A DNA stretch of 63,751 bases, the filler included, from Choristocarpus tenellus KU-1152 (lineage: Eukaryota > Protista > Phaeophyceae), in NCBI GenBank assembly GCA_964200185.2. It is 13 parts of 13 records of this genome, joined end to end, with 100 filler letters (N's around TTAATTAATTAA, not from the genome) between each part and the next. Parts side by side here need not be neighbours in the genome. Positions count along the whole stretch, not along the records: positions 51,822 to 58,719 come from CAXNAD020007115.1; positions 58,820 to 63,751 come from CAXNAD020012482.1; 11 more parts are not named here. One strand, written 5' to 3'. A program made the translations under genes and the position numbers. This document shows positions 53,128 to 63,751 of the stretch, piece after piece; positions within the stretch are counted from its first letter, which is position 1; each line of letters starts with the position of its first letter. Below the pieces are notes generated by a model. It had not been told where the DNA came from, did no database searches, and was given only the letters and a program-made list of their open reading frames with translations.

Positions 53128-54320
53128 GGGGGCTATGTCCCAATCAAATAATGGGAAAAAAACGCGGGGGAATATCTCCAGTGCAATTTTGAAGATCACG
53201 ACTTCAAAATCAACAATAATGAAGTGGTTGGCTGAAGGCCTTGTAGAAAACTGGTCCGGGGTAAGCCCCTGCCCAAGTTTGGCTAGTGAGGCTGTACCGA
53301 ACCTATTTTCAAGATTTCCGGACATCTTTTTAGCGCCTTCTGCAGACTTTCTGTGGACACACAGACAGGTGACCCACACAGCAACATGGACCACGACAAT
53401 GAGAAAAGGAGAACCGCCAAGGCCACTCTGCCCTCTGGATCTACCCTCGGCACCTTCTCTGTCGAGAGGTAACCAAAAAAACAAGTACCGTGTGACACTC
53501 TCAGTGCGATGTTAGGTGATGAGAAAGTGCGTATATACTGTGGCGCAGCAGCATGATCAAATTGCGAAATGGACCACGCGGCCGCGACACTGACGCTGAG
53601 AGAAGATGCACTGAAAGCATTACCACACAAACGTGTTTGGGTCTTCAACCACATCGGAGCACTGCTCTGCAATCTCTGCCGCCTTGGGAAAACAGGAAGA
53701 GAACAGCGAGTCCATCACCAGGTGTGGTACATTGATGAAGTCTGTGGGGAAGCCTGGTCATGGCGGGCGAAGGGAGAACCAGAGTGATCGGCCGAAGGGA
53801 AGGTTGGGGAAGAGAGCAGTGAGACTGCGTGCCATTGCGCTCAGGAAACACCAAAGCGAAGACCCGGGTGTAGAATATCTCAGTAGTTGACCGCTTCAGC
53901 AGGCCCTAGCTGTTTGGAAGCTGTGCGAGCAAAAGTGGCTTAGGAAACGAGAAAGAATATGTTAGGGTTGGGCTACAAGGGCTCTGAAGCCCGAAAAAAG
54001 AAGGTAAGCCATTTCCGCCACTCAATGAGGAAATGTGATAGTTAAGGCTCTAACACTGAAAGTTCTGTACCTGTGTATGAACGATGGGAAAGACTGTCAA
54101 ACAGCGCTCAGGATGGCAGCAGGATAGGCGATGGTCAGGTCGGAAACTGTGAGTAAATGGGAGAGAGACTTCCTAACTAAGGGTCACATCAAGGTGTCGG
54201 AGCAAGGGCGAAACGAGAGGCATTTCGTTCTGGGCCTCGGCGAGGACATCCTCGCCAAGGTCAAAGAGTGGGTTCGGGAACACACAGGAAGAAAGGGTGG
54301 GGAGGTTTTTCCCCCACCTA
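53128..54320 (+). mobile_element. Unclassified DNA-transposon-like element, copy 2 (no MITEs; lacks ~390 bp present in copy 1)
   Basis: Starts GGGGGCTATGTCCCAATCAAATAATGG; colinear with 31314-33390; SETVSKWERDFLTKGHIKVSEQGRNERHFVLGLGEDILAKVKEWVRE. Confidence 0.7.
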
Positions 54321-54754
54321 AACCCTACACTTCACTCAAGTAATAGTGTATCCGTTGCCGCTCGTGGTGACCCACAATCCGGGTTTCGAACTCCAATATG
54401 AGGAATCTTTCTTCAACAAAAGAAAAAAATGGCGAAAAAAAAACGAAGTCCGTACTCTGGAGGGTCTTGTGACGGGCATCACGAATATGCCTTTATTTTT
54501 TAAATCCAATGTATACATCAAACGTTATGACAGGACAACCCCAGGTACCACTGTACTTGATTACAGTTGTAGATGACAACTTATTCCCTAAAACTCTATA
54601 GTTGATGGAATTTTCCATCTTTGAATTGTAAGTGAGTGAGTGAAGTTCTTTTGAAGTAACCCATAACGCGGTATACCTTCATTTGTCAGAGAGGGTAAAT
54701 GGGTATTAGTAACAGCAATACACCAGTTGTGATTTGGCATTAAGGATCGCAAGG

Positions 54755-56762
54755 ATGAGTTACATTGCCCATAGAGAACCTACCTCACAAGGCATGGAGC
54801 TCCTTCAAGAGCGGCTGTCTTCTGGAACAAAGTTCAAGGATTGGGACGAGATGGAGGTGACGATGAGGCAAGCTGCTCGCATTGCGGGGTTCAAGGTTGT
54901 TAAGGTGCAGAGCATGTCTGTCTTCTGTGTACGTGATTGTCAGGCCCTTCTCTGGACAACACCAGCATGATTAGATATTGGACTGCTACTAGTAGGAGTA
55001 TGCTGTCACCATCGCTCGTGGTATGGTTTTGAAAGTCGCTAAACGCGAAGAAACAGCGCGTCCTCGTCGGCCACTATCTGCCTTTACACTCTCGGTTCAA
55101 TGACCCACAGCTAGAAATTATCTTGATCTTAGCTACGATACTTCCGGTTGTGGAACTTTCGTCAGGAATACGTTCGGCTAAGCCGTTCGAAATCGACTTT
55201 GCGGCCCTCTACACACCGACAAAGTACAGACATCATAACAGGCTTTATTTAACTTTGGATGAATCCCCCCCCCCCTTCCCTGATCTCATCCATCACCTAT
55301 TCAGAATTCCAAGGGGGACAAACGTCATGATGGTAACCAAAGACGTATAGTGTGGAAGTGCGACTGCGCCGGACAAAGGTCTATCAAGTTACCAGCGCAG
55401 TTCCCACTCACGAAGGAGAGGCCCTCAAAGAGACTGGGGTGTCCGTTCCAGGTAGATGATTTGATGCTTCGACATCTATGTGTCTATTAATAGCTAAGCA
55501 CGTTATCACATAGATAATTGTAGAGTCAGAGTTGCTCGGTATAGCCTTGCTTCAATAGGATCGATACAGCTACTACGAGTCCCCTCGGGGTGACGTCTTG
55601 GGATGATCGCCACACTCCAACCTAGTCTGCCATCACTTAAGCATTCGTCAAATTTCCTGAAAGGTGTGGTCGGTCAGATTGGACAAGTCTAGGGGTTGGG
55701 TTCTGGTGCTCGCAATATAACTAAAGAACAATTCGGTTTTGGTGTGAGCAACAGGATCTGATTTTTAGTGCTCTGTTTTGGTGTGTACCTACTATGCCAG
55801 CCAGGAGTGATAATGGAGAGAGTAATCATGGAGAGAGTGGTTATGAGGTGCATGTTATTTGGCGTTGGCAGCGTCTGAGATAACAAAATCTGGAATATCA
55901 GGCCAGCAGCAGCAGAAGCAGAAGCAGCAAAATAGGTGGCTATTGTATGCTTGTGATAGTACGAGTACAGACAGACATGTTTGGATTTGTGATCAAGAGT
56001 ACATTATTCTTGAGACCACAGCACATTGATCTGGACAACCATAAAGGTCTTCTGTGGGAAAGGTAAAATTGTTTTACATAATAATGTCGTAACACATCAG
56101 AAGCAAACACCGAATACAGGGTATACCACACATAAGCGCTCTCACACAAACACGCACGAACACTTAACTCAGACAAGATCGTAGTAAAACTGCGTTGAAA
56201 TTTGTGGGATGGAAGGTGTATAGGTTGGAGGTGGAGGTAAAGGTAGAGGCAGTGCAAAATGGTTCATATTAAATAAATACATGCTCTGCACATGTCAGCT
56301 GACTAGTCCATTGTTTGGTGATACACAAAAAATACACCATAGAAGGTGGCATAGGAATGATGCCAAAATCAAGAGTATTTGTAAAATTTCTGATCAGCTA
56401 TATCTTAATGACTGGATGTACCCTGTTCTACTGCCGTAGAGTTTTTTTCTTTTCATTGTACTGTATCCCCTGCCCCCTCCACGCCTCCCATGTATGGTCT
56501 GTCTTGGTGATCAAGCAATGATTTACACACTTTCCACTTGTGCATCTGTTGTGGGTGGGGGGGGAGGGGGGGGAAGCAGATCAACGCCACGTGGCCTGAG
56601 CAGGCGTTGAAGCCGGGCATAACACAGTGTGAATTTCGGCATAATCACTTTCTGGAGCCTTATCGTGCTAAGGAAGGGGTGGTGCAATTAGAGGAGCTCA
56701 GAGCAAAACATGTGGCGATGATCAAAGAGTGGGCCAAAGTGCCCGTGCACCTCCACCTACAG
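54755..56762 (+). CDS. Spliced FAR1/MULE-type zinc-ribbon DNA-binding domain; exons 54755-54904, 54996-55020, 55351-55451, 56580-56762
   Basis: In-frame join: GTKFKDWDEMEVTMRQAARIAGFKVVK|EYAVTIARV|WKCDCAG..RPSKRLGCPFQ|INAT..FRHNHFLEP (C..CPF..HNH signature). Confidence 0.78.
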
Positions 56763-58999
56763 GTGGGTGTAGTGATACATGGTGCTTTGATCTGTGCTTA
56801 CTGTTGTGCAATACGTACGTGTGCAGGGCATGCAACGCACGTGCTTGTGCTTGAGATGCATTAGTGGGCAGTGTGTGTGACGCACGTAGGTAGTGAGTGT
56901 AATATTTTGTCTTTTTCCCATGTGGGGCGGACTTCTGTTACACACGGGGGGGTGTTTGATGTATGGTGTGAGTAGTGGTGTGCATGGGTGAATTAATGCA
57001 CAGATATATTCCTCAACGCCATTAAGTACACTCCACATGAAAGGATGGGGGTATGATACAAGGGAGTCAAACAAGGTAAAGAAGAGGTAAACTAGATGCG
57101 TTTTTTAAGGACGCTGACAAATGCATTCGGTTTAGGTTTTTCGTACAAGTGCATAAAGGGACTGTTCCGGATTCTGTCCGAAGCTTTAAAAAATTAGAGA
57201 AATTAACACTTGCGCGTCAGATCTTAGCACTTCACCCATAGAGACAAGGGTGGATTGCAGAAGATGAAAGCGCGACTTTGTAAGGCCAAAAGGCCATGAT
57301 GTGTGTGCCTCTCATTTTCTTTGGCTCAGGTAAGGTAACGGCGAGGGGAGGTCCTGCATTCTTCCAATAGCTTGATGTGGATTTTGAGGGGCACAGGCAG
57401 ATATGTGTGTGTATGTATACCCATGCACTTCAGAAATAGATTAGAAAGGCGGCCTCTATCAGTGTAACACTTACAAAATTTGCTTTCCGCAACATAACTG
57501 CACTTGTTAGCTACTTGATTTCTGTGTAACTTTGTTGCAACACACAGGGAACTTTTGGTGGGGGGGGGGTGGGCAGTGTTAGTTTTTTTTTCTTTGTGTT
57601 TGCGTGTGTGCATGTAGATGCCAGAAATCGGAAAGCAGACGCAAGACAGTCGCTGAGTGGTGCTTTAGAAGAAAAAAAAAGTGCCAGTTGAACTCCTGCC
57701 GGTGTTCTATGCACTATGGCAGGACGGTTTGCTTGCAAGCACGCGCTTTTTCAATGGGTGAGGCGCAGCTTTTTTGTTTATTTATTTGGTACATATTATT
57801 TATTTTATTTATTGTTTCTCCTGGGCGTTATTAGGTATGGAGAACTGGGAAGCGGAGTGGGAAATCAGAAGCAGGACGGATGGATGCAGGATGCTTTGCA
57901 ATACACTTCTCGAAGGGCATCTAAATCCCCAATTGCTTCTGCGAACTCTCTCACAGCACCCCCTTCATTGCCCACTCTTGAAGATGCCAACCCTCTCTCC
58001 CCCTCCCTTCCAACTCCCAAATCCCGACTTGCCTCTTGTTTCTCCAAAACAAACAAGTGTCTGCACCATCCCACCCACTTATGATTTTGCTTCGAAGTCC
58101 TTGACACCTCCTCTTCTTAGTTACCTGCTTCCCCTTGCGGCATTAGGGTCAGGGATGTAACACCTGTAGATACTGTTTGGGATTCGTTGAGTGTCTGCCC
58201 TTTATTGGTGCAGTGTAGTGGAGTTTTCTCTTGAGAGGCAAGGGAGCTGAGAACAGTAGTGCCAGAAGGGCAGGGCACCCTCTAACATGTGCGAGGTATC
58301 CTACTCTTTGCTGCAACAGCTGCACTCATTTGTTGGGGGCTACAACTGTTTCATGTGCATATTGCCTTTTTTGCAGGGACTGCACCACATGCTTTCTAGT
58401 ACTGTTTTGTGAGAGATTCGCAGGTTTCAGAATGAATGCAACCTTTTTTGGCTTGATATGATGTATAGGACACACTTCCTTGGCCTGAATGTTGCCTGCT
58501 CTTCTTCATATCGGAGCATATCCACTTTCCCTCCATCTCATCATCATTTTCCTGTAATACCTTGATGCTATGGTCATTGTACCAAAATCACATGATACGA
58601 CTTCCACCCCCCCCTCCCCCCTCCCCCCCCCCAGTATTTGGCTTACATCCTTTCCGCTACTCAACCCCTGCACATACCACCCCCCTCCCACCTTGCCCTT
58701 TGATTTGATCCTTCCTGCCNNNNNNNNNNNNNNNNNNNNNNNNNNNNNNNNNNNNNNNNNNNNTTAATTAATTAANNNNNNNNNNNNNNNNNNNNNNNNN
58801 NNNNNNNNNNNNNNNNNNNACTTTTCCTTATTTTGGTCCAAATGGACACCCTGGTGTAGACCCCCCCCCCCCTCCCAGATACTTTGGGTCTCTGATGCCG
58901 GTGCCAGAGATTGTCTGAAGTAGGCTGTGTAAGGTGCAACCCTTAGGGTATCTGATGTGTTGTCACAACCCTTACAAGCCACAGGTGCTGAAAGGGAGC

Positions 59000-61900
59000 T
59001 CATCGGCATCACCACTCTAATACCCAAGCAAACATGTCAGCCCCCAAAATGTGTTGATTGTATCAATGAGAACATCTACGAGAACATGCGATATACATAC
59101 AACCTCGATGGGTACATGCTGTGTATGGAGAACGCATTTCATTCAAGGGTGCCTAAGCTGAATCCAAGGCAACCTTCTTCAATGAGCAGCAGGACAGAGT
59201 GCTTTAACCGGAGGTGATACTCTGACATGTCTCTCAACATGTTATCATGAATGTGCTGATACAGGTGATTGTTTGGTTAGACGGCGCTGCTTGTTGTCTT
59301 GCTTTCTGTCTCCCTATGGCATGGATACACTGAGGAGTGCATCTCCCGGGGTGACTTGCTTGTGCTGACAATTTCCGTTAATTGAACCTTGCTGAATTGT
59401 GGCGCTGACCTCCCGCAACTTTCACCGCCCGTAGTATTTGTTGTGTAAAGAACCATGGGTAGGTTACTAAGGAGAGCTCTGTTTGTTACCTCCAGAACTA
59501 CTATTTCCTCCAACCCTGCACTTCCTGGTCTGACCACTTATGTGTGAGATGGGCCATGAACGGGAAGATGTTCAAGTGATATATGCAACCAGGGCAGTGC
59601 ACATGGTTCACCTTGGCCCCTTTCCCACAGAATAAATCGCTCCTGAGCTGCAAGCCTAAGCCTTGGCTTGTCATGTATAAGAAGGACAACAACAAGGAGA
59701 ATAACTACTAGTGCGACTTGGAGTTCGGACCCATAGTATCCTAGAGGTGTGGGGGGGGTGTTGGCCCAGGTCGTCTATTCATGACTTGACGGGGTGTTGA
59801 TAAACACCCTGGTTTGATGCCCATTTTGCGGGTGATTTTCTGTCGGATTTGGTCCAGGCTGGGGGATGGAGAAGGTAGGTGCTTCCAGATGAGGGAAATT
59901 ACCCTTCTACTTGACACGTTCACTCACATAACAAGAAAATCATTACAGGGTCAAAAAGGCCCCGAATAGACTCCCTAGGACACTCGAGACCTTTTATACT
60001 TCGCCACAACAGTGGGAAGCCAACAACAGCAGCTAGGACAATGGTGTCCCTTGGCACAAAACTATGGACAAGTGGCAGGCTACCATAAACACTTACAGCA
60101 AGAGGAAGCTTGTCGGATATCTCGAGAAGGCCTAGGAGGCTGCTGAGAAGAATTACTTGAGGTTTAAGGGAAGTTGACTTGGGGTCCTGTATCTCTTGCT
60201 CGGCTGACCCCATTGTTGCTCTTCAATAAGAACCGGCCTGTTGTTTCACAGAGCAGGCCATGACGCACACACTTATTAAGCCCTGGGGTACTGTTGCTGG
60301 GGGCTTGTCAATGTTGGCATGAAGTAACCTAGGGGGGAAGCTACTGTCCGTGGTGTGGATGTGGCGACAAAAAATGTACGTTTGTGTTGTTATAAGAATC
60401 GTAGTGTTATTATACGTGGTACTACAGAAGCACAGACAAAAGAGGAAGGATGGTTAGTTTACTTTGGTCTCTACTGTGCTGTACAAAGTACAACCTACAC
60501 CCCAATACTGCCTTGAAGGGCTTTACTCCTTCCTACTCAAGTGCTTTCGAATCCCAGTGCTATCCTCTCCAGATATCTTGATTCTAACCCCAGAAAGTCC
60601 TAATATTTCATTTCACTACTTTTTTGTATACAATGCTGGCACCCTTACAACTAAGAACAAAAAATTATTGTGTGGCACAAAAAGAGGTCCTGCACGGATA
60701 GGTGTAGCTCCACAGGGGGGGTTATCAGTCTGTCCCATCCATGGCCCTCATGCTATCACCTGATTACCACTTGATTGTCAGTTTTTCAGATAAGAGATCA
60801 TCTACCGGCTCATGAAAATCTATCTACTTGACCTGGATCTTGGCACAATAAATACAGCATACTTGGAGAGGTGTACCTAGATACACTTCTAGAGCTTTAT
60901 GTGTGTACACAAATGTTGACATTACTCGGAAAGGTGATGGGTCAACAAGAAACTGGGTGTAGTAGCAATCACCACCACAATTCAAATTGATTTTGAAGCA
61001 CTTTGATATTCCTTTCAGCAATATATCCTCCGAGTACTTGGTATAGGAAATATTCCATACTAGGCAGAAAAATCCGTTGTCTCTGTAAATTTTAATACTT
61101 CGAAATATATACCATGTATCACAAGGGGTTAGATTGAATCTCAAGCTCTGCAAAAGAGAGCATGGTGTGTGGATTCAAGACGACCACCAGACTGAGTAAG
61201 GCAGAAAGGTGCCCAATGCTTTCATGACAATCGAAAAAGAGGCAAAGTTCACTTCCCTTCCTCAGACCCCACCTCCTTGCAGTTTAACCCTCATTCCCTA
61301 CAGAACCGGAAACATCAATCGTTCATATGTTCAGAGGCACAAGTACCTAATTATCTCCATACACCACTGGGTCCATCCAACAAAGAACCTTACTCACAGT
61401 CCAAAACAATTTACCTAACCTAGAAAATGTATGGAAGGTGTACGTAAATGCTCTCTCTTTCCAGGCAAACTGTAGAAAAATTATCAAAAAAATGAGTGAC
61501 ACTACCTGTCACACATGTCTGCTCAACAAAGGTATACCCCCTTGTGTCACAGAAAACATGCTGGGTGGGGTTCGGGGGCAACCTGCCAAACAAGCGAATA
61601 ATTTCCCGTATGTCCATCAACTCAAAAGAGAAATCGGAGGGCTGTCTCTGCAGGATAGTGCACAAAGTGTGACGTTTGATGATATTTTGTGCTAAAGAAA
61701 AAACAACAAAATGATACTGCCCTATACTCCTACATACCATGCCTTCGACTAAGCTGAACCCCCCCGCCCTGATCAAACGCTCCTGCTGGAAGGAAGCCCA
61801 CACCTCCTTGAAGCAACCCAGATGCCACATTTTCTCATCCCCAGTATGCCAAAAACACTCTGCGAAAACCAACGCTTCGGGCGGCCCATTCATCCCCCAC

Positions 61901-62452
61901 TAAATCCACTCTTCAACAAAGCTTAACCCGCTTTCGAGGGTTTGCACGCTCCCCCACCTCCCCATCACTCTCTGTTTCCTCCCCCCCAACAGATCCCTCT
62001 TCCCCTCCCCCCCCCACAACACCTCCGCCACGAGCAGAAGGAGAGAGCGCATGACATTTATTCCCCTCAATAGAACAGGCACTGTCAGGCGACATCATAC
62101 TGATGTCTTCAGCACCCCCTACCGAGAGGATTGTTGTTCCCTCAGCTCGTTCCGCTCGTGCCTCCTTCTCCTCCTCTCCTGCTGCACAGGAGTGGCGACC
62201 CTCTTGCTTGTTCTCCTTACCACCGCCTTCTAACCCTTCTATTCCATTCTTGTTTTTATCGGTTACACTGTTGTGGTAACTGTCATCGTCGCTGCTAATG
62301 CCACCATCGTCCTCGTTCCCGCTGCTAGCGCCGCTCATGTTGTTGCTATTGTTTCCATCTTCTAGAAACTCGCCATCTTCATCCCCATCACTTTCTTCAT
62401 CCCCATCACTTTCTTCTTCCCCTGCCGGAGGAGGGGCGTAGTCTTCATCCTC
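59000..62452 (-). pseudogene. Acidic low-complexity exon (62452-61913) followed by broken frames, possibly a decayed hAT-like transposase
   Basis: CAG acceptor in frame with EDEDYAPPPAGEEESDGDEESDGDED...RKRVK; downstream HVHCPGCIYHLNI weakly resembles hAT C..H.LNL. Confidence 0.3.
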
Positions 62453-63751
62453 CTGGGAGAATAAGCAATAAAAAAAGAACTTATATTCCCAAATAATTCT
62501 TTGCTGAATGAAAGTTTAGTTTATTGGCACGAATCAAGATAGCATTTTTTTATTTGATAAAAAAAAGCGCATTTTTTTTCATTTCTGTTTACAATTATTG
62601 TACTCCAGTGTGTTGATGAAGAAGAGGAGTGGAGTGGAAGTATTGTATTGAAAGAAACAGACGAATCTTGGTCAAGGACGGAAGTAGCTCTCAACTTGCG
62701 CTGTACATTCTTTTGCCCCTACTGACATCTTGTGCATGTTTTGTCATGGGGGCAAAAAATAAGCTCCACAATAGATTACAGCACTGTAGGCACTTTCCGA
62801 AATGGTTAGGAAAATGCACTGGGGGGGGGAAGGGTGCAGGGCGGCACCCTAGAGTTGTGCATGGGGGACACTGTACCCCCCAAAAGAATAAAAGCACCAC
62901 GTACCCTCAAGCAATGTGTGTACCAACCGAGCATTACTCACGCTAGCATGTCACAATCGTCCTTACAACCTCCCCCCCCAACTCCTCACACTCCAGTCTT
63001 GGAAAAGAAAATACAATGTAGGAAAAAACGGACTTGGGTGGTGATCGCAGCCAGTTCATCTCTTCAAAAAGGTTTTTCACACCTCTATATCATTCAGTGA
63101 ATCAACCCCGACAAGCGGCTCAGGACAAACCAAATATTGTCATGCACATACTGTGTAAACCAAATATTGCCCCAACCTGTCCACCTGGGTCTCTTGTCTC
63201 TTTACATTGCCAGCGCCGACTACTGACATCGCACGTGCATCCACTCGTGCGTGTGTGCTCGCACCAACGACTTGTGCTAAGATATGTAGATAAACACATA
63301 CTTTTGCGAGACAGAGGAAGGGAAAAGGGTCGCTAAACATACGTACTTTATTTTGTTTTACACACCAGAGACACACACATAGGTTGGACCAACTCTGTCT
63401 CTAGGTGATAGCCATACTTTGGACTCTCCTTCGTATCGTGCGTTTGATCATCACGTTGAATCTCGTGTACCTTTTTTAGTCACTTGTACTTAATGCACGT
63501 GATCATCACAACATGAGAGTTCATCACTGACTCCATTTTGCACCGGCTCCAACTAGCTCTATCTACACTGCTATGTACACCTCATGTTCAGCCTTTGTAC
63601 CTGTGCCTCTCATGATCTCGCTTTCTTGGTGTGTTGTAACAGCATACAAAAATGTGTGAGGTGGGGGGGGGGGGGGTCTGGCTGGCAGTATCCCGAAGAG
63701 GACATTTATTCCGTAGATATTCTTTCTTTGCTTATCTTACAATTTGATACA

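Noticed and set aside
2915-58819. Recurring TTAATTAATTAA motif and apparent gene neighbourhoods across it
   Set aside because: Artificial six-frame-stop spacer; adjacent contigs are not linked, so no operon or cluster can be inferred.
59-63376. Most 60-150-aa ORFs in the supplied track
   Set aside because: Shadow frames, intron read-through or TE debris; real coding sequence here is spliced.

Overview
Eukaryotic, intron-rich, transposon-dense genomic DNA. It is not one locus: 13 unrelated contigs are joined by artificial 100-nt N44-TTAATTAATTAA-N44 spacers, so no synteny can be read across them. A flagellated stramenopile such as a brown alga or relative is my inference, from HYDIN, long GT-AG introns, CPW-type ankyrin repeats, TTAGGG-like motifs and DD39D-like mariners. 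Host genes rebuilt by hand-splicing: HYDIN-like (6 exons, partial), DGAT2-like (3 exons, one in-frame TAA), copine (last 4 exons), FtsH-like AAA protease (3 exons) and an intronless F-box/ankyrin-like gene. The rest is mostly transposon material: Copia, CRE-like and RTE-like retroelements, solo LTRs, four mariner remnants, a CACTA/Plavaka-like remnant and foldbacks. The most notable items are (i) a spliced Sola-like DDD transposase with six consecutive phase-compatible, stop-free exons; (ii) a spliced FAR1/MULE zinc-ribbon gene with a 25-nt micro-exon; and (iii) an abundant, unclassified MITE group with G-start AAAGTATCT termini, an inner AAAYGGAC box and 3-bp TSDs, nested three times in one copy of an unclassified transposase-like element. 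All family assignments come from motif recognition, not database searches. No CRISPR, rRNA or tRNA was recognised.
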